A stretch of 64,000 nucleotides of DNA, from assembly GCA_035221665.1 (NCBI GenBank), contig CM069139.1, forward strand, positions 37,572,001 through 37,636,000, written 5' to 3'. The translations under genes and the position numbers were made by a program. Shown in pieces: positions 25,827 to 39,840 of the stretch. Every line of letters starts with the position of its first letter. Positions within the stretch are counted from its first letter, which is position 1. A model generated the notes under the pieces. The model ran no database searches. It saw nothing but the letters and a program-made list of their open reading frames with translations, and was not told where the DNA came from. The DNA is from Okamejei kenojei. Its lineage: Eukaryota.

Positions 25827-28338
25827 GAGCTGCCCGAATCTGTCGGCTTTCCAGCACAATCTGTCACTTTTTGCAAGAATCCCATCCACCAGTTGCTCGG
25901 TCCTTCGGTCGACCATAATTACCCGCCGTGCATGCGGCCGAGAATTAATTATAATAAATGTTTTCTTGATAAATTAACGAGATTATCCGGGTGGCACACG
26001 TTCCTTAATTACAGGGACGCTGCAAAAAAAAAACTGGGATGGCGGAGAACGCGTTCTCTCCCCCCATCCCTGCCGCATTTGTTCTGATTAATTTTATGCT
26101 TGATGGAAATGAAACAAAGCTATAGAGTCGAATTATATTTATTAAAAAGAAACACCATTAACCTTGGCCCTTGCAACTTTTAGACTCGCGGGACTTCTTT
26201 GAACAACGACACACACTTCAGCATTTGGTTTTATTTGTAACATGTAAAGGTCGCTGTCCAACGATTAAAAATGAGTGTATTAAAAAATTGGCTAGTAGGT
26301 TGCTTATCACAACGCTCATCTAATGAACATCCTCACCACCGCCTGTTTGTTACGAAGCGGAATGATTAATATTCGATATGTTGTTTTCGATGGCAGTTGT
26401 TTTTTAAAAATCGTCTTTAAAGCGAGCTGCACGCGTGAGCTGTCTTTGCCTCCACGTGTCTAGGAGTCTTTGAGATTTTGTTTCAAGACTTTGCAGTTCG
26501 TTCGAATTTGAGTTTCTACACTCAGGGGCGAGCAGCTGAGGTGGAAAGTGCCTCGCAAATCTCAGCAGTCACACACACGGGATAACCCTGCCTCGCTCGG
26601 GTCCAGTTTTTGCTTAATTTATACTAAAAGGCCTGTACTAATTTTACAAACTTCCGGCAGACTTGATCATTGTTTTCCGTGTCGTTTTTTAGAAGACTAG
26701 GTTTAAATACAAACTTTAAGTCGTTCGTTATTTGTGATATAAACAATTCAACTATTTAAACCTCAACACGAACTACCTGGACAAAAAGCGACTGAAAATT
26801 GCGTAAAACATCATAACACAAAATCAATCCCAAATAAGATTAAGGTCAAGGAGAGCGAATGTTCAATTAAAAATATTGTTTTAAAAATCAGTCTCTTAAA
26901 TGTCGTCCAAACTAAAATACGAACACACTAGAGACCATACAGTTACCAGTAAACGTTTAAACTTTAAACGCCAATGTTTCTTTTTTTCAGGATTTCAAAA
27001 TTTTCATTTTAGTTCAAGAAAACATGCCATTCTAATTGAAAAACTAGTTACTTCAAATGGGAAAACTTTAATTCAAAAAGTATTTTGTTGTAAACAAGCA
27101 TGTGGTCAGTAAAAGGAAAAGTAAAGTGAATTCAACTTTTTTTCTGTAACTTTCAAGTGCCTACACGACTAATACGAATGAATAAGCAATTGTGTTTTGC
27201 AGATGTAGTTAACTTTTTTATGTTTGGCTAGAAATGTTGCTAGGAAGTTTAATCTTAAGGCTCTGTTCCCACAACACCCCCCCCCCCCCGCCCCAAATCG
27301 TAAATTTGAACACATTTTGTATGAACATATTCTGACTTTTAAAATAAATTGAAACGCAGAGTGATTGTTCTAGGTTTTGTGTGCCACAAACTCTTCTCTG
27401 CGGACTACTGAACGGTCCACCTACTGCAAATGCTCTTGGTCAAAAATTTGGATACGATCGATTTCATTCCAGTTTATTTGAGCTGATAAATCTTTGACAA
27501 TAAACATCTGCAACCAGCGCTTCCCAGATGAGGATGTGATTTGCAAGAACTGATCGGCGATGTTGAAGGGGGTGGGGTGAGGGACCGAGAGAAATCCACG
27601 CCTCCTCAATTATCCCAGTGTTTGAACATTCATTGGGAAGTGGGTGGGGGGGTTACTGGGATTTAACAGCGATCCTAACACGGGCGAAAATGAAAGAGTT
27701 TTTGGTTCTAACCACTCAGGAATGGAGAAGCCAATAATTGCAACACATTTATCCGAAAGCCTACAGACAACTCGAGAAACAGCGAAACCCATTTTCCCAA
27801 CTTGAATAATGTTTAAGCAGAGAATTTTGTCTACCGTTCCCCACCCCACCAGCACATCTTCCCACACACATATTCACACATACACACCCCCAAACTAAAA
27901 ACATAAGCGAAAACAAACAGCATACAAATTCCGGACTCATTGCAACCACTTTGGAGAAAATAAAAGGAAAATGACTTATCAAGATTTGGAATCAGCGAAA
28001 AGTGTTCTCATGCACGCATATCAATATCAAACGGTTTCATTCCAGGGCGGGTACACTCGTCGATTTTTCCCCCTCTCGGAAAGGTTTCGCGCAATATTCC
28101 GTACCAAATCTCCAGTTCGTTGAAAAAATATTATCATCGGTTCCCAATCAAAAAGAAAGCGCGATTTGTCAAATAGGTCACCTGTTTCACTGGACTCTGG
28201 TCGACGTTAAACACCCTAAAATTCAGGCGTCCACGTTCCTGACGGCCTTTGTCCCTGAAAACAAAAATAAAATAAATAGGTTAGAAGTCTTCAGATTGTG
28301 GATTCAGAAAATACCTTCGCATGAAATGGATTTAATAC

Positions 28339-28900
28339 CTGCCGAGTGAATATTTCTGTTTTAGGAAGGAGATGCGCCCGTTTAAAGGCGGCGTGTGTTG
28401 TTTTCAGAGTGGGAAAATGGTTGAGATTGCTCAGTTGCACCGGTCTCTCTCTCCTTTCTCTGAGACTTGCTGAGAAAGCGCCTCTCTGGTAACTTTTTGA
28501 CGCAAACTCCGCAGCCAATAGCAAAGGGAGAGTGATTGACACATCTCAGCAGAACCAGGGGGAAAATAACACCCAGCGGGAAGAGAGAAACCCTACTCCA
28601 AGAGGGGAAAAAACAGAGCGAAGTCACCCAAAGCAGGAAAATAAAGGAAATAAAACCAAATCAAGCGATGGGAGCGACAATCCCAAGCAAAATAATAGAT
28701 TGCACAGTGAATACACCCAGTTTACAGTGAACTGGCATTAGCCAGCCAGCCAGGATAACAGGGCCAATAATCCAGTCATTGGAAGTAGTCTAGGATTAAA
28801 ATAAATATTACTAAAACAGGACCGATTGAAGAAAAACGGGTTAGGCCAAGGAGACATGGGCAAAGAAGAACAATTTAGAACGTGCGATGGAAAGCAGAGG
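28339..28900 (-). promoter_or_regulatory. Candidate distal otx2 promoter / non-coding exon region
   Basis: CCAAT at 28515, opposed CCAAT/ATTGG at 28764 and 28778, TAATCC at 28768, GGATTA at 28793, minus-strand donor CAG|GTATT after 28339. Confidence 0.4.
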
Positions 28901-28962
28901 GGAGGGGAGGAATGAGAGAGGGGGGAGAGGGGGGGGGAGGAGAGGGGGGGGAGAGGGGGGAG

Positions 28963-29008
<46 letters not shown>
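28900..29008. repeat. G/GA-rich polypurine tract ending in a (GA)n microsatellite
   Basis: Read directly. Confidence 0.9.
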
Positions 29009-29011
<3 letters not shown>

Positions 29012-29422
29012 GCGAAGGCATTAACCAAGAGAAGAGAGGGAGCAATCAGGTTAGAGATTCTGAGCTGAACCGGCAAGGGGAAGGAATCTCGATAGAATAA
29101 ACCAGAGCTGTACTGGCAGGAGTGACACAGTGAGGATGCATAAACTAGAATAATTCAGAATAGCTGGCACAGGGGGGAAAAATCCGGCTACAAATGCCAG
29201 AGAGCCAGAGAACAACCAGTGATGAACCAAAGTGCGGAAAATTCATAGATAGACATGGGACTGTACAACACAAGGTAAGAGAACCGCATTTAAAGTTGCC
29301 AAAAGAGAGGACTTAATCTAGCGACAAAAATAGTGTTAAGCAACATGTACCAAGGATGACAATTCAAAAGAAAAATTACATCGCAGTTAATCAGTCGGTA
29401 GTTAAAGTGAAAGACAAGTGAG

Positions 29423-29425
<3 letters not shown>

Positions 29426-29481
<56 letters not shown>

Positions 29482-29492
29482 GGGGAGAGAGA
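29426..29492. repeat. (GA)n microsatellite plus poly-G
   Basis: Read directly. Confidence 0.9.
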
Positions 29493-32400
29493 GGCAGACA
29501 GACAGACATAGATCGACATAGGCATTCATATAGACGGACAGACTGATTGATTAGAAAGAAACGAAGCCGATTGTAGTAACTCCACCCGAATAAAACGAGT
29601 TTTATCAGTAACCTGTGGCCTAGGATGCAATTTGCCTGCTTTGAAGAAAAGCATTTCGGATAAAAGCCCCTCGCACAAACGGAGAACAACTACACATTTA
29701 ATTCAAACCATAAATAAATTAGTTCCACTTATAAGGAGAATAACAATATTCTGAAATTGATTAGGTCGGGTAGGACCACTGATTTCATATTTTGCGGTCT
29801 GTTATCATATGCCTGTTTGTGTTTCTCGTTTGTAGAGTCCTCGATTATTTAAAAAAAAACCCAAAGCAAATGAGCCCACATGCTTCCTGGCCCTAAACAA
29901 GACTGTAATAATCGAACGTTTAAAAAATCGTAGATACGTTAATTGCAAACGTTTCGATTCTTGATAAATGTTGACAATACTGGATAAAAACAAAGGTGTT
30001 GGTTGTTTAAATAACACAATGTGAGCGTGAGGTGGAAGCTGCGAGACTGCAAAAGGAAATGTCCAAGAGGAATGCGGAGAAATTCTAATTAGAAAACTGA
30101 TGAAACTGATGGTTTGTCCCTTTTGAGGCTTTGTTCAAACCAACCGTTTAAAGGCCCACCTGAGCAAATGGAGTTCTCACAACCTGCTCTACACCGATTC
30201 TACGCAAAATCCATGTTTTACAGCAATAATAACATTCTACACAGAAAGTGATTCCTTCAGACATTAAAGGAATTACAATAAGACGTGTATGACTTTTCTG
30301 AACCCAACAAAGTGTCATTCTGTGAAATATTCAAGGCTCTAAACATAACCCACAACCATACAACTTTTAGGACCAACAAATGTATTTTTTTCTTTGAAGA
30401 AGTGTTTCTCCATCAATTAATTCGGGATATTTTCACAGCTATAAATAAAACAAATAACAAACTGAGACACACTCCTTCAAGATAATCAGTAATAAGTGTT
30501 CAAGTATCAAGGATGACCAAAAACAAAACACTCATTCAACTGCCACCAACTGATATCAGGAATTCTCGCCTCCGATTTTTACTTTTGACATTGATGATAG
30601 ATTTGAGTAGTTCTGAATAAATTGCTGGAACAACATCGCCTATTTTTTTTTAATCTATAAAAGCACAACAGCGCCACGCCGGTGAAAACCACTTCAGAAG
30701 GTCGAAGCCAATGCAAAAGGCGACAACAAAACTTGGTGTATCCACCATTGCAAACATCGCTGCAGCCAGGTTTCTGAGATGTGTTGCCTAATTGCAGAAA
30801 ACGCAAATGCTTCTTGCTCACGTTGGTATCCAATTCCTTACACAGGAACACAGCAAAATACAAATTGCATAACACCGAGATCACAGAGAAATATAATGTG
30901 GTTTGTGGCTTGACACTGATAATCGGTGAAATATTTTAAATTACATCAGAACCTTGGGCTGGATGTCTGATACACGATAAAAACTGGGAAACTGTTTGTT
31001 TACCGATGTTTCAGTATACTCCCCAGTGCGCTCCACATTAAGTTTGCCACCTTGTTTTACGAACACCTGTCTAAGTAACAAGTTAGTCGCTACAAACTAT
31101 CGAATTCGATTTAATATCGACGTGTTCTTACCTTTTATCGAATAGTTTTATAGTTCGATCTCAACTAAATCAATCAATCTTTATTTGCCCGAGCCATTCG
31201 ATCAGTGCGTAAAATGGCCCCCTCCCTATTAATTGTAAATGCGAACAAAAGCTGCCAAATGACTGGAAATCGTCTCCGAAATGTTCGCAGTTGTTTGTAC
31301 CACCGCGACCAGCGAGCACTCTGGCGGGGCTTAAACTCATGTCCCAGAAGGAAGCTTCGAAAACACTTTTAAATACATGAACATGTGTTCGCAGCTTTCC
31401 ACACTGAAAAAATAAATCGCCTCCAACTCCAAACCTTTTAGAGTGCGGCGGATACATTTGAAATTGTTTCTACTTTCAAATGATTTTATTTATCTAACCA
31501 AAATGCCATTTATTTAACCTATTGCCATTTGATAAGCGATGTAAGGATACATTTTCTTTAAAATACTTCATATTTGTATTATTTTGATCTAATGCATTGA
31601 CATTGAGATATATCCCTCCAAAGTTTTACTTGTTACGGTGGTTCCTACGTTGGCGAAGACTTGGCTGCGCATTTTTTTCTTCAAAATCGTCAACTAATTA
31701 TTGGAAATAATTGAGTTTTAAATGTTTTTATATTTAATATCTTTGTTTTAATATACCTAGACCGCTAACAGTTAAATTATAATATCGATAATGCTAATTC
31801 ATGGAAGTGCAATGGTTGATATTGGTAGCACCCAATTGGGATGTTAAATTGTGAAATAAGGATTTTACGAACTAGTGCCCAGGTTAAATACGGACACAGC
31901 TGTGGAAGTATTAGATCATAGCTTTGAGCTATTTAGAATATCACAAAGTTTTAAAATAATACACGACTTGCATTTTTGTAGCGTATTTCAGGACTCCCAG
32001 AAGTGATTTTATGTCGAAGTACTTTTGAAGTATCTTCACTGCCACAGTACAGGATGCATTGAAGGACCGCATCTTCTAATTAAAGAAAATATATTCTAGT
32101 TTCAGAGCCTTTAAACTTTTTTATATCTATGATAATAGTGACATGGGTGCCGGATATCTGTTTTCTGGATAATGGATCTGATTGACTGTTGGGTTAACAT
32201 TTTAGGTGTGCTAAATTAATCGAGGAAGGAAAATTTAAATTGGATACGATGGAAGAAATAGGTTTAAGCTCGTCTATAAATCATCATTGTGGGACGCTTT
32301 ATATATGGAAAAACAAAATCCTGCAAAAATACAAATTTGTACGGAAAACTGTATATCTACCAGACAGTATTTATATCTAATAAACTTTTATGTCGATACG

Positions 32401-33292
32401 GCATACTGCATTTTCTAGCATTTCTTAAACAGGCATAGGAATACAGATTATTTTGGTGCTTTTTTGACTAGAACATTTCACAAAATAACAACCAAGGAAT
32501 CAAAATACGCTGTTTTACCCGCTGCCTGACACCCAGTCAGTTGCCATCAATTGCAGTTCAGCTGATGATTTACTCTTACAGATGTTAATCTTCTGCCCAA
32601 CATTAAATAGAATTGATAGTTCGCTCCTTAAGTAGATCCGATCACATTTGCCCAGCACCTGTTATTTCGTAGTCCAGATGTACTCTTTGAACATACACCA
32701 CTTCCTGATCTGAAGAAAAGTAGGAGGAGTCGTTTAAATCAATGAAAATTTGGATGGTTTTATGTCTAAATCGGCTATCACCTCACCGCCTGTCAAAATA
32801 AGAACTCAAGGAACGTAAAGTCATCGAACGCCGTTCGATCAGAAGTATTAAAACGGCTTAAACCGGGTTCACTTTTTTCCTCCGGTAATAGAACGGGTGT
32901 TTCTCTTAGTTAATTAGTCCAAGTATCAGACACCATTTAATTAGTAGGGACAAAAACACAAAACCTCCCACCTCACCCGAGCAAATAGAAGAATGTCCTC
33001 AACAATAACAATAATTTCCCAAATTTCACAGGAATATTTCAAGAGAGGCAAAAAAAAAAAAAACCCAAATCAGTCGTCAAGCAAAATAAATGGGGAAAAT
33101 ACAGTCTTGTAATTCATTGCCATATAACATCCGAGGTAGGTAGGGGCTCGGGAGGATCAGCTGCCAGGAGGCAATTTTTCATTGCTTTAATCGGGATAAA
33201 GTTGTGTTGTGGACAACGCGGCGCTGCAATCAGTCTCTGACACAGCTCTGGAGCAGATGCCTCCTTTCCAAATTATACAGTTTAATCCCTTC

Positions 33293-33461
33293 NNNNNNNN
33301 NNNNNNNNNNNNNNNNNNNNNNNNNNNNNNNNNNNNNNNNNNNNNNNNNNNNNNNNNNNNNNNNNNNNNNNNNNNNNNNNNNNNNNNNNNNNNNNNNNNN
33401 NNNNNNNNNNNNNNNNNNNNNNNNNNNNNNNNNNNNNNNNNNNNNNNNNNNNNNNNNNNNN
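33293..33461. other. Assembly gap (169 N)
   Basis: Run of N. Confidence 1.
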
Positions 33462-36127
33462 GTGCAAAAATAGCAATCTAAGGCAGAACCAAGTGTGAGT
33501 GAGTGAGTGAGTGTGTGCGTGTAAGAAACAGAGGACTACTTCACACTCGTGCCTGCCCCTGCCTTATCACCTTCCATTCTCCGGCTTTGCCAGTTTCCCA
33601 TTTTCTAGGATTCTCGCCTGCACTGTTGTTATTCTTGTTTCCTTTGAAACAAGTTAACTCCTTCGAGGCAAGTGGCGCTTTTCAAAAGACCCGGCACTCG
33701 ATTTTTAGACAACTGGCATAACTTTCTCCTTAATGAATTGGCCATTCTCGGTGAAAGTTGATTTGTAAATTGGGCTATCAGTAACTCGTTTTGTTGCATT
33801 TAACATTCATTATTAATAACACATTGGTGGAATCAATGCAAATAAAAATACAACAGGGGCCAGTGTACTGTTCTTTTTAAACAAAGAGATCCCTGGAAAA
33901 CTGAAACTAAGAAAATGCATATATAACAGATCAGACAGCATCTGTTGAGATATTTCAGATAGGGCATATGCATATCTCTCTCCACAGATGCCGACTGACC
34001 TGCCAGAGCTTTTACTTTAAAAAATATATATATACTGAAATGCCAGCACCTTTTATTTTCATTAATGTGTAACAATTGGATAATAGTTTTGCGAGCGACA
34101 CTGTTTATTCATTAAGTTCCACACTAGAGATCAGACAATAGTTTAAAATATCAGATTATCTGTTACTTTAAATAAACAATATTTTGCTAATCTAGCGATT
34201 TTCTCGTCTTGGGGCGCCTCCTGCGAAAATAATTTACTTTCTTTGCAACACCACAAAGGGGCCAGCTGTCGATTATACACCGGTTTTTATTCTGGGGGTG
34301 TTATTGTGTATGATCGTGACATATGCGAATATTTAGCTTTGTATCTCACAGACTCATAGACTGATTAGGTTGGAATTTTACTACTAAAATTAGGAAATGA
34401 ATATAACTCACTTTTGACATGTCTTCATTATGGAAATTGACTGTTGAGCTGAAGAGATATTTTAATTGAAAATCCGCCATATTTCAATAGTAATGCAGCT
34501 GAAGAAGATTATATACTTTATCCAAACATTCGAACAATTACTGTTGGGATCGAGGATAACAACCAAATACCAGAAGGCATTAGTTCCAATATTACAGGTT
34601 ATATTAATTGCTGGGCGAATCTGATTTTATTAAATAAATTATTGAACAATATTTACAGGGCAGTATTACAATTTGAGTGAGACACTTAGTATATAAAACT
34701 TTTGAGTCAAGCCCGTGTGATTTTGTTTAAACTGATGAACTGAATAGAACGAGTGTGATGAATTCATCAGGGGATATTAAGCTTGAATTCTTTATATATA
34801 TATATAAGTTATGTTCTGATATGTAAAATGTATTTGCTTTAAATTCTGAATGGCAGCTTATTTACACCAGATCTTCAAAATAAACGTTTTCTCGCCGCTT
34901 TGAACACGGAATGCAAGTTATGGTGTAAATCGGAGAGGTTTTGTTACGTTTTGGGAAATTAAGAGGCGCAGAGTGAACAGCAGCAAGAACTTCATACATC
35001 AAGACAGATTACATTTAAATCTAACTCTGTTATTATGGATGTTTGCGAAATGTCAATTTTGAAATTTAGACAGAAGTGAGGACAACAGCATTCGCAAGTC
35101 GTCTAGCACAGACCCCTGTCAAACCCCGATGTCTAATATTCAGTTTCTCTTTATATGGATGTTGACCATTACTGCGAACATTCATTATCCCAATTCTGCC
35201 TTTATTTATCCTCGACCTTCTTTGCTGTCCATTTTGTGGCAAAAGAGCGGAGCTCCAGCCAAATTTCTTTTGTACTACCCATCGCATGAAAATAGTAAGC
35301 AACTTCTGTAAAGCCAACGTGACGTGTTCACCTTTTTATTTAAAATAAAACAACACAGGTTCTGACAATGTCGGTCGGTGAATAACAACATTAGAGGAGT
35401 CGCTCGAGTGGTTTGTGGCTGGGAATTTGTCGCCCTATCTGCCAACAGGAATAACTTGGAATATCAAAAGCACTTAAAGAAAAACAAACCCAGAGAACCA
35501 CAATAGACGCGAAATCCCTTCCATTACATTGGCATGTATTAAAAGAGCCTGAGAAAAATTACTATGCAGCTGAAACAAAGTTTATAAACAATTGTAGTGG
35601 ACCTGGGCGATGATTAACATACAAGTCTACTTTACCAATACACCTTTAATAGCAGTGCAGCGATGTCGGATTTTATTTGGTTTAGACTAAGTGTTTCCTC
35701 ATTTCCTCGGCAGTGGGTTACAACTAAACCCCAAGTAACAACTCCAGTTTAGGCAGTTACAAATCCGAGGAAAAAAAGATGTTGATACGTTAATCACATT
35801 TCCAAAATTTAAGAATTATAGTCTGGTATTACTCTGTAGATCTGAGCAAAATACAACTAAATTCACAAATGCAATCGAGATTTAATTCAACTCAATTAAG
35901 ACGAAGTTCGATTTATTTTTCGACAGTGACATGATGTAAACAATATGTTCGAAATTGTGATAAATAAATGCTCGCTACAGCGTTTATTTTTTGTTTAAAA
36001 AATAAAACAGCCCTAAACGTAACTTTAATTTACCAATGCTATTATCGAGAATCCCCTATCAATGACACGACTTGTAAACTTGCGCCGGGAAAAATATTTA
36101 TTGTGAGCTAACAAGTGCAGCACACAA

Positions 36128-36224
36128 AGGTAGGCACAAAATGCTGGAGTAAGTCAGCGGGGCAGGCAGCATCTCTGGAGAGAAAGAACGGGTGACGTTT
36201 CGGGCCGAGACCCTTCTTCAGACT
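36128..36224 (-). mobile_element. Solo PLE-terminus mini-element with intact hammerhead core (36191-36224)
   Basis: Minus strand AGT CTGAAGA A GGGT CTCG GCCC GAAAC GTC ACC. Confidence 0.75.
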
Positions 36225-38699
36225 ACAAATACAAATGCAGCATACAGTTGCAGGAAATCAAATAAAAGTGACTGCTTTTCATAAATACCCTCCTGAACAA
36301 CAACTTGCGTGTTTACCTCAAAGACGAACTGCAATGCAAAATTAGTGGTTTATTCTTGATGTCTTTCACGGAGAGGTCTACAAAGTAAAGTTTAAACTTT
36401 GCGTAATATTTAATTACAGAACCTTATTGGCGTCATCACAATTTGCAAATAGTAATCGTATTTTCCTCCGGAATTATGTTTTAAAATCCCTTTCCTTGTG
36501 CATAATGTACAGAACGAAACACCCCTCTTGTTCTAAAATAACGTTTAAAAAGACCTTCTCAGGTAATAAGCAACTGCCTGAAAAATACTAACATTGTGTC
36601 CACGAAGCAAATGGGAGGAAGCAACCCCCCCTCCCCCCTCCCACCCACCCCCCACCACACTGCCTCTCCTATCCCACCCATCTTCTCATCTTCCCTATGC
36701 ATAATTCCAGGCATGTAAACAAACTTGCGAAATGTCCATCAGGCCATTTTATCCTGGAAACAAGATTTAGGACTTAAAATTTAAACAAGGCCATTAAAGC
36801 ATCGCAGACATCCGAGTGCTGCGACTTTCGATGATTTGATACAGAGACAAGAGGAGTACGCGGCATTGAAGCGACCCACCTCCTGAAAGTTTCTCAGAAG
36901 CATTTAAAAGTAATACTCCCCCTTAAACTTAATACCTTTATTTTTACAGGCGGCGCAAATATTTCAGGTACCCTCTGAAAATACTGGACACATATTTACA
37001 GAATACCAAGTGAGAAATATTTCCAACCACAAAGCAGAGGGCATCACCTGTACATATTTTAAAACAAGCGTGTGTAGACTAGTTATCAGCAGTAAGGAAA
37101 GAGTATTAAAAATCCCATAGGTCTTCAATATCTTAACGAATAATTTGACCCAACAATTATTGCAGTTTATATGCTACTATATGTGCAAAGTAACTGTGGG
37201 GAAACAAAAAAAAACGACTATACGGCTGGCAATGTCCACATTACCAACGTTTACTTTAATCAATCGAACTGACTGTGACTTTTGCTGTCCAATATAACCA
37301 TTGGTTGCTCGCTGTGAAATAAAAAGTATGTTTCCTTTGCACAGTTCAATATTGGTCAGGTCACACCCGTGGAATTTGGCGGAGTGAACGCAACAAAATC
37401 CTCGCAAAACAAGTGCAGGGAAAGTGGAGACATGAGTTTCAGCGTAACATCTCCAGACCTGGACGTTAATTCAGAAGTAGGCAGTTATTGTGAGTGACGT
37501 CCTCTAATAACATATTGTACATGTTGCATGTCAATTGATGTCGGGCACTTGCTACATCAATATTCTGAAAGGTGAATTTTACATAGTGTCGCAGAACTTT
37601 AAAAAACATAAGGAGGAGCAGGAGGCGGCCATCCTGACCTTTGCGTCTGCTCTATCTTTACAGCATTTCGCTCTCTCCCTCCCCCTTGTTTCCATCCTCT
37701 CATATCCGGGCCAAGTGAATGTGAAGACATTGGATGTTCGAGGGCTGGAGAGAGGAGGTGACCTCTGACCCTTTGCCCACTGTATTTACCCGGTTGATCC
37801 ACTCACTCTCTGGGCAATGATGTTCCCCAAATATTAATGGTGGGTAAATGCACCAACGTTTTTGGAGATTGTCAATGTGTTTCACCCATGTGGTATGAGT
37901 TCTATGTGTCTTTGGTCATTGTCATATAGCATGGAAACAGGCATTTTTCCAACTCATCCATGCCTACTAAGATGCCCTATCTCGGTCTTTTAGCTGCAGA
38001 GTGCTGTATTACCTAATGGGTAGCTGACTGGAATTGAAAGTCGTCCCATTGATTACTCAACATTTATACCTCGTGACTGAAGATGGGTTTGCCTGGGACA
38101 CGATGGTGAGACACTCGTAGTGATGTATTGAGGTCGATATGATTTGGACTGGCTTATTAATCCATAATTCATACATATAAACTGTTAATCTTGTGATTGG
38201 AGGAACAATATATTTGTACGTTTCAGCCCCCCTTGTGTTTAACTCTCACACGTCCCTCTCACACTGCCCTCTCAAACCATGCAATTCGGCTTGAGGGCCT
38301 TAAACTTTAAGGTTTAACACTGCTGTTTGGCATATTATTCATTGGCCACGAGTAAAATATGCTTTCCTAAAACTTTGTCCCATTTTCACCTTGTAGAAAT
38401 AATTTGTGGCTCAGACCTCTGCATTATATTATCTCAGATTGCCATGAAGACCCTCTGACTCGAAATTCAAGGTAAAGTCCATTAATGCTGCACATTTCCC
38501 ACAGGTAACATCAAATATATTTCCTTCCAGTTGCTTTTACAAATGTACTGCTAATTAGGTAGAATTGAAATACTTAGGATTCTTTACAACATCACTGAAC
38601 TGAATCCTTCTGCCTAAGGACATTGTGCCTTAAAAGACTTCTAACGATTTTGCAACTGGTATCCTTGAATAAGACTGATACTACACAACACTTGCCAGT

Positions 38700-38840
38700 T
38701 TCTGCCCAGCTCCTACCTCTTCTTCAACTTTCTCCCTCATATTGCATTCCATCTGATGAAGGGTCCTGACCCAAAACGTCACTTATCAATGTTCTCCAGG
38801 GATGCTGCCTGACCCGCTGAGTTACTCCAGCACTTGTATT
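38700..38840 (+). mobile_element. PLE-terminus copy with a decayed hammerhead core
   Basis: CTGATGA A GGGTC CT GACCC AAAAC GTC ACT at about 38753-38783 (GAAA has become AAAA), followed by GATGCTGCCTGACCCGCTGAGTTACTCCAGCA. Confidence 0.7.
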
Positions 38841-39294
38841 TTGCTACAAAGAAACAATCGTGATTTGAGCACGAATCGTGATTTATTTTTAGGATGCCGG
38901 AAGAGAGTTTGGATATTTTTGGCCATATATTTAATTGTACAAATAGAATGTTCATGATATTTCATGTTTAATTGTGATAGTACAGTATTCATAATGTTGC
39001 AACCCCACACAAGCATCCCATTTTTATTTGTCAGACATTACTTTCACAATTTTAATAATGCTTCAATTAGAGATAATTATAAGTATAGAAACAAGGATCT
39101 GCTGATGCTGGTTGACAAAAAAGACACAAAGTGCTGGAGTAACTCTGCAGGTCATGCTCAATTCTAAGTATGTTCTTGATAAATAGTTATTATATCTATA
39201 TTTGATGAGTCATATTTCATCAGTGGGACCTGTCTACAGTTTGCAGACAAGATTTTTTATTCATGACTATTTCCAATTATCTTTTTCCAATGTG

Positions 39295-39840
39295 TAGGAA
39301 GGAATGGTTTAAACCGAAGATAGACGCAAAAAGCTGGAGTAAGTCAGTGGGACAGGTAGCATCTCTGGAGAGAGGGAATGGGTGATTTTTTGGGTTGAGA
39401 CCCTTCTTCAGTCTGAAGAACGGCCTCGACCCATGTGAGGAATGTGGAATCCACAGTGATGGATGTTTATGTTAACTTTTATGTGGTTGTGCGTCTTGTT
39501 AGATAGAGTTTCTAAAGATAGTGGTCAAGGTTTATGGGGAGAAGGCAGGAACAGGGTACTGATTGTGGATGATCAGCCATGATCACATTGAATGGCGGTG
39601 CAGGTTCAAAGGGCTGAATGGCCTACTCCTGCATCTATTGTCTATTCTCTATTGTCTATTGTTGCTTTTCACTTAGTATGGCTGTATGGTAACTCAAATT
39701 TCACTGTACCTTAATTGGTACACATGACAATAAACTGACCTTGACCTTACAATCTTGACTCGAAACGACACACATTCCTACTCTCCAGAGATGCTGCCTG
39801 TCATGCTGAGTTTCCCCAGCTTTTTGTGTCTATCGTTTTC
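39295..39840. mobile_element. Inverted pair of PLE termini interrupted by nested LINE tails (CR1 3' end at about 39520-39660)
   Basis: Junction CTTCTTCAG-T-CTGAAGAA at about 39403-39420; the second arm resumes at about 39758; (CTATTGT)n CR1-type tail inside. Confidence 0.65.

Noticed and set aside
25608-26087. 159-aa plus-strand ORF in the promoter region
   Set aside because: No domain similarity; expected by chance in GC-richer promoter DNA.
33204-33481. ORFs spanning the N run
   Set aside because: Artefacts of the assembly gap.
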